Positions 18,925 through 29,663 are shown, numbered from the stretch's first letter. The stretch is DNA of 32,351 nt from an uncultured Deferribacteres bacterium (GCA_964014485.1 CAXHAT010000084.1:1-32351); one strand, 5' to 3'. Notes: a model not told the origin generated them from the letters alone. Made by a program: numbers and translations.

Positions 18925-20207
18925 TCTTCCAGACTTTCCAGACGTACGGTCATTGCTCTTTTGTGCCCGATCAGTCCCTCTGCTTCCGCGAGCGCTTCGA
19001 CGGTTCCACCAAGATTCTTGACGCCTAACGGGGTGAGTTGTTGAAAAGTGATTTTTTTGACAAAACTATCGATGGATACGCCGGAAAACGAGCGTGCGAA
19101 TCCGCTTGTCGGCAATGCGTGATTGGTTCCCGATGCGTAATCTCCCGCCGATTCCGGCGCATAGTTTCCGAGAAAAACCGAGCCGGCGTTTTCGACGCGC
19201 TCCGCAAACCAGTTGACGTCGTTCGCGGCCAGGATCAGATGTTCCGGCGCATATGCGTTGATAAAGTCAATCGCTTCTTCGGCGTTTTGCAACAGAATGA
19301 TTTTGCTGTTCGCAAGCGCTTGTTCCGCGATGCGTTTTCGAGGTAAGTCCGTCAACTGTTTTTCGAGTTCAATAAGTACGTTTTGAGCGACTTGCTCATC
19401 AAGGGAAACAAGCATAACCTGGCTGTCTTCGCCGTGCTCCGCTTGCGAAATCAAATCCGCCGCGACGAACGCCGGGTTGGCGGCGTGATCGGCGACAATG
19501 GCCAGTTCTGACGGCCCGGCGGGCAAATCAATGGCGACGCCTTCTTGCTGTACCAGCATTTTGGCCGCTGTTACAAATTGATTGCCAGGGCCGAATATTT
19601 TGTCTACTTGCGGAATGCTCTCCGTGCCGTACGCCATCGCCGCAATCGCCTGAGCGCCCCCGGTTTTATAAACCGAGTGAATATCCAAAAGCTGCGCCGC
19701 AAACAAAACGGCCGGGTGAATTTTCCCCGACTCATCCGGCGGCGTGCAGACGACAATTTTTTCACAGCCTGCGATTTTGGCTGGGACGCCGAGCATCAGA
19801 AGCGTTGAAAACAGGGGCGCCGATCCGCCCGGAATATAGAGGCCGACTTTTTCGACCGGAACGCTTTTGCGCCAGCATTCAACTCCCGGCATGGTTTCAA
19901 TTTTTCGCACTTTTTCCAACTGCGGCGCATGAAAAGCCTCGATGTTGTTTTTTGCAATATGGAGGGCCGATTCAAGTCCTCCAGAGACAAGTTTTGGTGC
20001 AGCCGAAAACTCCTGTTGCGAAACCGAAAGATTTTCCAGACGCGCTCCATCGAAAAGCGCCGTGTACTTTTTAAGAGCTGCGTCGCCGTTTTCTTGAACA
20101 TCTTGAAGAATCGGGGCGACTTTTTTCATGGCGGTAGTAAAGGAGACCGCAGGTCGCCGCACCAACTCGCTCCACTGATTGCGCCTTGGAAACCTTATCG
20201 TTTTCAT
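18921..20207 (-). CDS. hisD: Histidinol dehydrogenase
   Basis: GLYIPGG.APL, GGAQAIAA, GPGN, PAGPSE, QAEH, APEHL and GDYASGTNH.LPT. Confidence 0.97.
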   Translation of the reverse strand: MKTIRFPRRNQWSELVRRPAVSFTTAMKKVAPILQDVQENGDAALKKYTALFDGARLENLSVSQQEFSAAPKLVSGGLESALHIAKNNIEAFHAPQLEKVRKIETMPGVECWRKSVPVEKVGLYIPGGSAPLFSTLLMLGVPAKIAGCEKIVVCTPPDESGKIHPAVLFAAQLLDIHSVYKTGGAQAIAAMAYGTESIPQVDKIFGPGNQFVTAAKMLVQQEGVAIDLPAGPSELAIVADHAANPAFVAADLISQAEHGEDSQVMLVSLDEQVAQNVLIELEKQLTDLPRKRIAEQALANSKIILLQNAEEAIDFINAYAPEHLILAANDVNWFAERVENAGSVFLGNYAPESAGDYASGTNHALPTSGFARSFSGVSIDSFVKKITFQQLTPLGVKNLGGTVEALAEAEGLIGHKRAMTVRLESLEE

Positions 20208-21064
20208 TGGATCATATTTTCGATTGGAAAGACCAGAACGCCTTCAACCCCAAGCGTTTTAAGTTCCTGGATGATCTCCCAGAAGCGGTCTTCGCGGATA
20301 ACCGAATGCACGGAACTCCAACCTTCAATAGCCAGGGGCATGATCGTTGGGCTTTTAATCCCCGGTAAAATTCGGGTGACTTCGTCAAGAACGTGGTTCG
20401 GCGCATTCATGAGAATGTATTTAAAACGCTTGGCTCTCAAGACCGACTTTATTCGAAACAACAGCTCTTCCAAGGTCTTGGACTTGGCTGGCGGCATTTC
20501 TTTACCGGCGATCAGGACAGCCTGGGAATGCAAAATGGTCTCAATTTCCTGCAAACCGTTACTGATCAGCGTGCTGCCGGAGCTGACCAAATCACAAACC
20601 GCTTCCGCCAGCCCGATGCTCGGCGCAATTTCGACGGAGCCGCTGATTTCATGCAAGCTGGCTTTAACATTCCTTTCTTTGAGAAAGTCCGTTAGAATGG
20701 CCGGGTATGAGGTCGCGATATTCAAACCCTGCAAGTCCGAGACGTCGCGAATATCGGACGAACGTGGCGCCGCAATGGCGAGACGGCATTTTGAAAAGCC
20801 CAATCGCTCAATGATTTCGACGGGCTTTTTCAGCTCGGCAACGACATTTTCGCCGACGATTCCAATTTCAGCAACGTTGTCAGCCACATAACTTGGAATG
20901 TCGTCGTCGCGCAAATAGAGAAGCTCGAGCGGAAAGTTTTCAGCTTTACTTTTAAGCTTGCGGTTGCTGCGATTGAAATGAATATCACAGTCGTTCAGCA
21001 AGCGCATCGAATCTTCGCTTAATCTGCCGGACTTTTGAACGGCGAGTCTCAGAATGTCTTTCAT
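20204..21064 (-). CDS. hisG: ATP phosphoribosyltransferase (long form)
   Basis: QKSGRL, RDDDIP, ATSYP, GSVEIAP and DLVSSGSTL, plus the C-terminal regulatory domain. AGGA RBS. Confidence 0.97.
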   Translation of the reverse strand: MKDILRLAVQKSGRLSEDSMRLLNDCDIHFNRSNRKLKSKAENFPLELLYLRDDDIPSYVADNVAEIGIVGENVVAELKKPVEIIERLGFSKCRLAIAAPRSSDIRDVSDLQGLNIATSYPAILTDFLKERNVKASLHEISGSVEIAPSIGLAEAVCDLVSSGSTLISNGLQEIETILHSQAVLIAGKEMPPAKSKTLEELLFRIKSVLRAKRFKYILMNAPNHVLDEVTRILPGIKSPTIMPLAIEGWSSVHSVIREDRFWEIIQELKTLGVEGVLVFPIENMIQ

Positions 21065-21282
21065 TATTCCTGGAAAACCTGTTTTTGATGGTCGCCCTTT
21101 TAGGAAATTAAGAATAACTTGCCAACTGAATTTTTACCAACTTTATTCTGACGTTGTTTTCAGAAAAAATGTTGTTAACCGGCGCTTTTAACATTGGACT
21201 TCTGTCACGTTAATTCGGGGGGCGCCAGTGACTTTTTCAAAGCATTTTCTACAATCACCTTTGCCAAACACCGCAGGAGTGA

Positions 21283-21485
21283 TTCACTGCCTGACACTTT
21301 TTATAGGTTTCTGAAGCCGGCGAAAAAGGCCGAAATTGTCATGCTGTAAGCATCTTTTTTGGTCCAACTCCTGAACTTTTAGGCGTGATCTGTACTGGGC
21401 GATAATAAAGATTGCTCCAGAATGACAAAACGGGGCCTTTCGATGACTCGAAAATGCAGTTTACAAAAAAGTGTCAGGTAGAGAG
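21283..21485. mobile_element. MITE-like element, family A copy 2 (93-bp core at 21336-21428)
   Basis: Homologous end to end with 1283-1479: core 80/93 identical, plus a 2-bp deletion and an 8-bp insertion outside the core. TIR CTGCCTGACACTTTTT / AAAAAGTGTCAGGTAG. Flanks CAGGAGTGA / GGTGAGTGA. Confidence 0.85.
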
Positions 21486-21551
21486 GGTGAGTGATATAAA
21501 AAAGCGTCAAGCAATAATTAGCTTGATGCTGCTAAATTTGGGAGTCAAGCT

Positions 21552-22493
21552 ATGCATGTCATTTTCAGAAGAAAAATGTCAAGGATTTTGATGTTGTTGA
21601 CAGCGATTATTGCGCTGCTAAAGCTCGGTTGCGGTACGGACGGCGACAACAACAAAGCAGAGCACGCCGCCAAGATCGAAGCTTGGCAGCAGGCGCGCCA
21701 CGCAAGTTTATTCGCCGAAGACGGCTGGTTGAATTTGGCGGGGCTTTTTTGGTTGAAAGAAGGCCCGAATACATTTGGTGCGGCTGAGGCCAATGACTTG
21801 GTCTTGGAAGAGGTCGCGGAGAGATTTCCAGCACGCATCGGCGTGTTTTATTTGCAGAATGGTGAGGTCAAATTTGCGTCTGAAAACGGCGCGGAAGTGA
21901 CGCACGACGGTCGCAGAGTTACGGAAATTGAAATGAAAACCGGCTCAAGTGATTCGGCGACGGTTTTGAAGTATGGATCGTTTCAGTGGTACGTCATCAA
22001 ACGCGATTTTGGGGTCGGTGTGCGCGTGCGAGATTTTGAGAATCCGCTTTTGCGCAGTTTTAAAGCTCTGAAATATTTCCCGATTGATGAAAGTTTACGC
22101 CTGGAAGCCACGCTTGAAAAATACGATCCGCCAAAAGTCGTCGATGTGCCGACGGTGATGGGCAATATCCGTAAGCAAGAATCGCCGGGCGCACTGGTTT
22201 TCGAGATCGCCGGAAAAACTTACAGGCTCGACCCTGTCGGCAGCGTGGAAGACGACAGTCTCTTCGTCATTTTTTCTGACGAAACAAACGGCGCCGAGAC
22301 GTACGGAGGCGGGCGTTTTGTCTATACGCCGCGACCGGATGAAAACGGCAAAACGATCCTGGATTTTAACAAAGCTTACAACCCGCCCTGCGCCTTCAAC
22401 GCCTACGCAACTTGCCCGCTGCCGCCGCCGCAGAATGCGCTGAATGTCGCGATTGTTGCGGGCGAGAAAAACTATGAAGATGCGGCACATTAA
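21552..22493 (+). CDS. DUF1684 family lipoprotein
   Basis: Lipobox LGC. GWLNLAGLFWL, FSDETNG.ETYGGGRF and LDFNKAYNPPCAFN.YATCPLPPPQN.L...AGEK. GGAG RBS. Confidence 0.88.
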   Translation: MHVIFRRKMSRILMLLTAIIALLKLGCGTDGDNNKAEHAAKIEAWQQARHASLFAEDGWLNLAGLFWLKEGPNTFGAAEANDLVLEEVAERFPARIGVFYLQNGEVKFASENGAEVTHDGRRVTEIEMKTGSSDSATVLKYGSFQWYVIKRDFGVGVRVRDFENPLLRSFKALKYFPIDESLRLEATLEKYDPPKVVDVPTVMGNIRKQESPGALVFEIAGKTYRLDPVGSVEDDSLFVIFSDETNGAETYGGGRFVYTPRPDENGKTILDFNKAYNPPCAFNAYATCPLPPPQNALNVAIVAGEKNYEDAAH

Positions 22494-22658
22494 AATAACT
22501 TGACATTCAATGACGTCTGCCCGTTATTACCGTCCCTTTGCAGCCGAAAGCGGTGCGCCTTCATGTCATTCAGGATGAATATATTTTGTCAATTTCACAG
22601 GTTAGGCAAAATAGATTTTTCCTGAATGACATTTTTGATAGAAAGAGAATAAAAATAA

Positions 22659-23975
<1,317 letters not shown>

Positions 23976-23993
23976 AAAACGGAAGAGTGATTC

Positions 23994-25202
23994 ATGGCAA
24001 GTGCATTGATTGATGATTTGGCGATAGCCAACGACAAAAAGATCGTCCTGCTTGTTTTGGACGGTCTGGGCGGTTTGCAGACAAGCGAGCATCCGACGAC
24101 GGAGCTTGAAGCGGCGAACACGCCTAACATGGACAAGCTCGTTGCGGAAAATACGTGCGGCTTGATGATTCCCGTGGAGCCGGGCGTGACCCCTGGCAGC
24201 GGCCCGGGGCATTTTGGACTGTTCGGCTACGATCCGGTCGATGCGAATATTGGCCGGGGCGTTCTTTCCGCGGCCGGACTGGAATTTGAATTGACGGATC
24301 GTGACGTGGCGGCGCGCGTCAATCTTGCGACCATCGACGAAAGCGGCAATATTTCGGATCGCCGGGCGGGGCGTATCGCTACCGAAGAAAACAAGCGAAT
24401 TTGTCAAATACTGCGCGAGAAGGTCAAGCTCTCAGACGGCGTGGAGTTTTTTCTAACGACGGAAAAAGAGCATCGCGTGCTGCTCGTGATTCGCGGCGAG
24501 GGGCTTGGCGGAAACGTTCAGGACACAGACCCGCAAATCGTCGGCGTTCCCCCGTTGGCGCCCAAGGCGCTCTCTCCAGACTCTGAAAAAACCTCGCATT
24601 ATTTGGCCGAATTTCTTGAGCAGGTGAAAGTCGCTCTGAAGGATGAGCCGCAGGGGAACATGATGACTTTGCGCGGCATTGCAAAACACAGGCGGTACAA
24701 AACTCTGGAAGAACGGTTCAAATTAAAGGCGCTTTCAATCGCAAATTACCCGATGTATCGTGGGATTTCTCGCTTGGTCGGGATGGACATTGCGCCGGTT
24801 TCGAACGACTTTCAGGGTCAAATTGAAGAACTCAAGCGCTCCCTGGACAAGTACACGTTTTTCTTCATGCACGTTAAAGCAACTGACGCCGCCGGCGAGG
24901 ACGGCAATTTTGCCAACAAGGTTGCCGCGATCGAAGAAATTGACAAGCAATTGCCCGGAATTACCGCGCTGAACCCAGACGTGTTGATGATTACCGGCGA
25001 TCATTCCACGCCATGCGCAATGAGCGCACATAGCTGGCATCCGATTCCCGTTGCTTTCGGCGCCTCAATCGCGCGTCGCGACGCCGTCACAGCTTTTCAC
25101 GAAAACGCCTGCTTGCACGGCGGCCTGGGAACTTTTGAGTCTCAGCATTTGATGAGCCTGGCGTTAGCGCACGCCGGAAAACTGGCGAAATTCGGAGCAT
25201 AG
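23994..25202 (+). CDS. apgM: 2,3-bisphosphoglycerate-independent phosphoglycerate mutase, ApgM type
   Basis: LDGLGG, TELEAANTPNMD, PGSGPGH..LFGYDP, DRRAGRI, TGDHSTP and HSWHP. Starts 18 bp after eno. Confidence 0.9.
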   Translation: MASALIDDLAIANDKKIVLLVLDGLGGLQTSEHPTTELEAANTPNMDKLVAENTCGLMIPVEPGVTPGSGPGHFGLFGYDPVDANIGRGVLSAAGLEFELTDRDVAARVNLATIDESGNISDRRAGRIATEENKRICQILREKVKLSDGVEFFLTTEKEHRVLLVIRGEGLGGNVQDTDPQIVGVPPLAPKALSPDSEKTSHYLAEFLEQVKVALKDEPQGNMMTLRGIAKHRRYKTLEERFKLKALSIANYPMYRGISRLVGMDIAPVSNDFQGQIEELKRSLDKYTFFFMHVKATDAAGEDGNFANKVAAIEEIDKQLPGITALNPDVLMITGDHSTPCAMSAHSWHPIPVAFGASIARRDAVTAFHENACLHGGLGTFESQHLMSLALAHAGKLAKFGA

Positions 25203-25276
25203 ATTTTCGCTGTATCAAAAACGAATCGCGTTATTTCCATTCCCGCCTGGATGAGGCTAAATCCCGACAGGTAACT

Positions 25277-25306
25277 GGCGCCATTTTCTGGATTCCCGCC
25301 TCTGCG
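25277..25306. repeat. Degenerate remnant of the dRS3-like palindrome at 29708-29777
   Basis: GGCGCCATTTTCTGGATTCCCGCCTCTGCG is 27/30 identical to 29740-29769. Confidence 0.7.
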
Positions 25307-25343
25307 CATAAACGCCAACCTTAGCTTGCATTGATTCTGCGAC

Positions 25344-25433
25344 GGGCTGTCACAAAACGTGATCTCTGAATGAGATGCATGCCAAATGTAGGGGTTCAAG
25401 ATTTTGAACCCCTGCGAAAAGTTGTGTGACGCC
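25344..25433. mobile_element. Miniature element: GGGCTGTC shell around a GTAG-type REP (degenerate copy)
   Basis: Left end GGGCTGTCACAAAACGTGAT is 18/20 identical to 29897-29916. Inner palindrome GTAGGGGTTCAAGATTTTGAACCCCTGC (25388-25415). Right end GTTGTGTGACGCC. Confidence 0.7.
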
Positions 25434-25833
25434 ATAAAAGTATTATGCTTTTAGAGAGTCCCCCAAGCTTCAGAACTCGCAAGGCTTGCCATGGGCAGAT
25501 TTTTCACTTTCGCGTTCATTTGATTTATCCCGCCTTTAAATCCGCAAAAGACAAACCGCTGCAATTCCTGCTTATTTCGCGATAAACTAATGCGCAACGC
25601 CCTTGCTCTGTCGCTATAAAAATGAGCGAGAAAACGAAAAGCAAATTAGTCGCGGTCTTTCTCAATCATCGAAGTGTGATTCGGGTTTGCCGAAACGCGT
25701 CGAGCAGTGCGTCGATCATGAAGAAAATCAGCAATCTGTCAGTCGTTTTTGGTATTGGAATGACACTATGATCTATTATTCAGAAGCATCATTGACACAT
25801 CAGGTTAGTAACGCACCATCGGGGATTGCAACT

Positions 25834-26025
25834 ATGAGACTTAACCTTATTTCTCAAATGATCAATCATTATCACAAGTCCGTGACTGAAAACACGGATG
25901 AAGTTGTCGATGATTTTGGCGTCGATAATTTCGATTCGGAAGTCGAAGATCCGCTCGGAGGTGAAGAAGGGATTACAATTTACGATCGCTTTGACATCGA
26001 CCAGGACTACGGCAACTATGCGTAA
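25834..26025 (+). CDS. Small acidic hypothetical protein (63 aa)
   Basis: ATG 25834 with GGGGA upstream. 16 of 63 residues are Asp/Glu. Followed directly by a terminator-like hairpin. Confidence 0.55.
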   Translation: MRLNLISQMINHYHKSVTENTDEVVDDFGVDNFDSEVEDPLGGEEGITIYDRFDIDQDYGNYA

Positions 26026-26034
26026 AAATACGTT

Positions 26035-26110
26035 AAACTGAGCAACGGATAAACAAGTGGCGCGCTTCGGCGTGCGATAGTCTTGTTTATTCGTTCAGCT
26101 CGGTTTTTTT
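26035..26110. terminator. Long hairpin, probably a bidirectional terminator between the acidic ORF and kmo
   Basis: Stems AAACTGAGC/GCTCGGTTT, AACGGATAAACAAG/CTTGTTTATTCGTT and GCGCGC-TTCG-GCGTGC, ending in a T7 run (26104-26110). Confidence 0.7.
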
Positions 26111-27470
26111 ATTGCTCGCCGCTCAAAATTTCTAATTTTTCCACAACACTCCCTTCCGCTTTCTTCCAATCAACGTCCATTTCATCACTCACATTTTCGC
26201 AAAGCTCATTCAGAAGCTCTTCTTGAATCGCGCCTCGATTTTGCACAATCGCATACGGGATGCGATGAAAGCTGACCATTGAATACTTGGGAATGAAACG
26301 TTCGGGAAATCGTTTGTGCAGCGCGACCTCAATTTGTTTTTTGAGATGAAATTTGGGGGCCGCGGTGTGATCGCGCATTTCAATAAAATTGTCCAGGGCC
26401 ATGTCCGCGATGGCGTTGGCGTTCAGCAAACGTCTCTCCTCAAAAGCGGAAAAGACTTTTCCCCAATCTCCCTGAAATCCTTCCAGACAAGAATTGAACT
26501 CAGAGCAATCTTCAAATGCGGCGTTCATACCTTGCCCGAAAAAAGGCACGATAGCATGCGCCGCGTCGCCAAGCAAGACGGCCTTGTTGTCCATACGCCA
26601 GCTTGAGCATTTGACGGTAACCAGTGCGCCGGTCGGGTTTGTGAAGAAATCTTCGACCAAGGTTGGCATAAGCGGACGAGCGTCTGGAAAATGCATCTCG
26701 AAAAAGCGCTTTACATCCTCTGCGCTATTCAATTTCTCAAAGGAATATTTGCCGCTGTAAGCAAGGAATAACGTGCACGTAAAGCTCCCGTCGGGATTTG
26801 GCAGGGCAATGAGCATGAAATCGCCGCGCGGCCAAATGTGCAGCGCATTCTTTTCGATTCTGTGGCTGCCGTCGTCGTGCGGCGGGATGGTCAGCTCCTT
26901 GTAGCCGTGCGCGAGAAATTGTTGAGAGTAGCTCACATTTGGCCTGCGAATCATCTCCGCGCGCACGATGGAATTTGCTCCATCTGCGGCAACGGCAATT
27001 TTAAACGACGACCGACTGGTTTTTTGAGAAACTGTGTCTTCAAACGCGATCTCGCATTTCTGAAAATCAATCGCGGCGCATTTTTTATTGAAAATAATTT
27101 CGACCCCGGATTCCTCGGCGGCGCTCATCAGCGTCTTGTTCAATCCCGCTCGCGAAACGGAGTTGATGTATTCGGATTTGTCTTTTCCATAGGGTAAAAA
27201 CGTCAAGTCGCCGTCGGAAGAATGGATCATTCGTCCCGGCATGGGGATGGCCTGCCGCATCACTTCCTTGTGGAGTCCGACTTCCTTCAAGGCGTGTTCG
27301 CCGCGTACAGACAATGCGAGATTAATCGAGCGTCCCGCGCTGATTTTTTCGCGCCGCATGTCTGGCCGCCGTTCGTAAATTTGTACCTGAAAACCGCGTC
27401 TGGCCAAGTAAATTGAAAGCAACGAACCGGCCAGCCCGGCGCCAATTACGGTTATCTTTTGGGAAGACAA
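26109..27470 (-). CDS. kmo: Kynurenine 3-monooxygenase
   Basis: GAGLAG, GRSINLALSVRG, LHIWPRG.FMLIALPN.DGSFTCTLF and GDAAHAIVPFFGQGMN..FED. TTG start with AAGGA RBS. Confidence 0.92.
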   Translation of the reverse strand: MSSQKITVIGAGLAGSLLSIYLARRGFQVQIYERRPDMRREKISAGRSINLALSVRGEHALKEVGLHKEVMRQAIPMPGRMIHSSDGDLTFLPYGKDKSEYINSVSRAGLNKTLMSAAEESGVEIIFNKKCAAIDFQKCEIAFEDTVSQKTSRSSFKIAVAADGANSIVRAEMIRRPNVSYSQQFLAHGYKELTIPPHDDGSHRIEKNALHIWPRGDFMLIALPNPDGSFTCTLFLAYSGKYSFEKLNSAEDVKRFFEMHFPDARPLMPTLVEDFFTNPTGALVTVKCSSWRMDNKAVLLGDAAHAIVPFFGQGMNAAFEDCSEFNSCLEGFQGDWGKVFSAFEERRLLNANAIADMALDNFIEMRDHTAAPKFHLKKQIEVALHKRFPERFIPKYSMVSFHRIPYAIVQNRGAIQEELLNELCENVSDEMDVDWKKAEGSVVEKLEILSGEQ

Positions 27471-27513
27471 TGAACGGTCCTTATAGACTGTTTTAAAAGT
27501 CGCGAACCCTTTT

Positions 27514-27652
27514 GAGACTGTCGAAAAAGCCCCCGGCTTGTCATTCTGTAGGAATCTTTGTTATCGTCTGGTACAGATTACGCTCAAAAGTTCAAGGATT
27601 AGATCAAAAAAGATGCTTCCAGCATGACAATTTTGGGTTGTTCGACAGTCTC
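27514..27652. mobile_element. Miniature element: GAGACTGTCGAA shell around an inverted copy of the 93-bp core
   Basis: 12-bp perfect TIR GAGACTGTCGAA / TTCGACAGTCTC. Reverse complement of 27538-27630 is 82/93 identical to 1338-1430. Confidence 0.82.
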
Positions 27653-27934
27653 GTTAGGGTTGTTTTTTTGTAATGGCCGCAAACGCCCGAAGAATCTGCT
27701 TTAAACTCATTTGAAAAATGAGCGCTTCGATTCGGCGATGAATAGATAACGATTTGCTTTTGAATCATGAAACAATTGCTGACAAGCGATAACATGCGGG
27801 AAAGCGGAAGGGAAAAAGTTATTGTTCAGCTAAAAATTATTTTGAATATGAACGTCAAAATCGTTCTTTGTCGCGCAGTTTTTTTCAAAAAAATGCGGCG
27901 AGTAAGTCCGCACAAACGGAGGTTAAATTCGAAA

Positions 27935-29599
27935 ATGAATAAAAATGTAGCAAGGCTTTTTGTTGCAGGGGCGATTGCTTTTTCTCTTGGTTGCCAGTCA
28001 CCGGGAAACGACGGAGGCGGGGAAGCTTCGATCAGCGCTGATGGCTTGGTGAAGCACATTAAAGCGCTCTCCGACGACAAACTCGCCGGACGCGCCCCGG
28101 CCACGGAAGGCAGTGAGATGGGCATGAAGTACATCGCTGAACAATATCAAGAATATGGTTTGAAACCGGCGGCTAAAGACGGTTCCTGGTTCCAGTATTT
28201 TGATATTATCGGTTTGACGGCGGAAACGCCCAAGGCGATGACGATGCGCTCGGGCGGCAAGGAACTGACGCTCAATGATTACGACGATTACATTGCATTT
28301 TCCGGGGTGCAGGAAGACGTCGCCCAGGTTGAGAACGTCGAAATCGTTTTTGTGGGCTATGGCGTACAAGCGCCGGAGTACGATTGGGATGATTACAAAA
28401 ACGCCGACTTGAAAGGTAAAGTTTTTCTCATGCTGAACAACGACCCGCAGGGCGCGGGAGACGATCCGGAATTCTTCGCCGGAAATGCACGACTTTATTA
28501 TGGCCGATGGGATTATAAATATGAAAAAGCGGCGGAGATGGGCGCAGCCGGCGCGATTATCATCCACACGACGCCGTCAGCGGGATATCCGTTCCAGGTT
28601 GTGCAAAGTTCGTGGACGGGCGAACAATTTGAGCTGCCGTACGAAGGCGGCCCGAAAATGCCCTTTAAAGCATGGACGACTTTTGAAGCAACCCAAAAGA
28701 TCACAGATTTGGCGGGCAAAAATCTCGACGAGCTTTTGAAAGCGGCGGAAACCCGCGATTTTCAGCCGGTTCCGCTGGGCGTTGAATTCTCGTTTAGCAT
28801 GAACAATCGCGTGCGCAAATTGAAGACCGCAAACGTGCTTGGTTTGCTGGAAGGCCATGATGAGAAAATGAGCGAGGAAATTGTCATTTTCACCGCCCAC
28901 CACGACCATCTTGGCGCGCGTGAAGATGCGGCCGATGACGGGATTTATAACGGCGCTTTAGACAACGCAAGCGGTGTTGCGACCATGCTTGAAATCGCGA
29001 AGGCGTTCGCAAATATGCCGGAGCCGCCAAGCAGATCCCTGCTTTTTGCCGCCGTGGCCGCGGAAGAATCCGGCTTGCTCGGATCAAAATATTTTGCGCG
29101 CCATCCGTCGCATCATCCGGGGAAAATCGCCGCGAACATCAACATTGACGGCGCCAATATTTGGGGCGAAACCAATGACGTCGAAGTGATCGGCCACGGA
29201 AAATCCGATTTGGACGACGTCGTTCAGGAATTGGCAGAGAAACAGGGCCGACGCGTTGTGCCCGATCAATCTCCCGATAAAGGCTACTATTATCGGTCTG
29301 ATCAGTTCAGCCTGGCAAAAATTGGCGTGCCCGCCGTCTATCTTGGAACAGGCGTCGATTTCAAAGGGCGCGAGGAAGGCTGGGGCAAAAAAGTTCAGGA
29401 CGAATGGACGCAAATTCATTATCATCAGCCCAGCGACGAGTACAACGATAGCTGGGACCTTTCCGGCGCAGTTCAGGACGCCCGGCTTTATTTTCAAATT
29501 AGTCTGAGAGCGGCAAACAGCGCCGTCATGCCTGGCTGGAGACCCGGAGATGAATTTGAAGCGATTCGAAAAAAAATGCTGCAAGAAGCTTCGCAGTGA
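27935..29599 (+). CDS. M28 metallopeptidase with PA domain, lipoprotein
   Basis: ATG 27935 after GGAGG. Lipobox LGC. PA domain FVGYGV.APEY.WDDY. Motifs AHHDHLG, NGALDNASG, AEESGLLGS, NINID, RSDQF and YHQPSD. Confidence 0.92.
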   Translation: MNKNVARLFVAGAIAFSLGCQSPGNDGGGEASISADGLVKHIKALSDDKLAGRAPATEGSEMGMKYIAEQYQEYGLKPAAKDGSWFQYFDIIGLTAETPKAMTMRSGGKELTLNDYDDYIAFSGVQEDVAQVENVEIVFVGYGVQAPEYDWDDYKNADLKGKVFLMLNNDPQGAGDDPEFFAGNARLYYGRWDYKYEKAAEMGAAGAIIIHTTPSAGYPFQVVQSSWTGEQFELPYEGGPKMPFKAWTTFEATQKITDLAGKNLDELLKAAETRDFQPVPLGVEFSFSMNNRVRKLKTANVLGLLEGHDEKMSEEIVIFTAHHDHLGAREDAADDGIYNGALDNASGVATMLEIAKAFANMPEPPSRSLLFAAVAAEESGLLGSKYFARHPSHHPGKIAANINIDGANIWGETNDVEVIGHGKSDLDDVVQELAEKQGRRVVPDQSPDKGYYYRSDQFSLAKIGVPAVYLGTGVDFKGREEGWGKKVQDEWTQIHYHQPSDEYNDSWDLSGAVQDARLYFQISLRAANSAVMPGWRPGDEFEAIRKKMLQEASQ

Positions 29600-29663
29600 C
29601 GGGGGAAAATTGAAAAAGCCGTCGTTGATTTCACGGATTTCCCGTCAAAAAATTACTTTGCAT

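Noticed and set aside
1287..21287. The two family A elements start exactly 20,000 bp apart
   Set aside because: The copies differ by many substitutions and two indels and have different flanks. Treated as coincidence, not periodicity or an assembly duplication.
22500..22530. Sigma70 promoter for eno starting with a perfect TTGACA
   Set aside because: No acceptable -10 hexamer at 16-18 bp spacing.
25603..25833. 140-aa version of the acidic ORF from TTG 25603
   Set aside because: No RBS, and the composition differs from the acidic C-terminal part. ATG 25834 is preferred.
27767..27934. Track N-terminal extension of the M28 peptidase
   Set aside because: The GGAGG RBS and lipoprotein signal point to ATG 27935.
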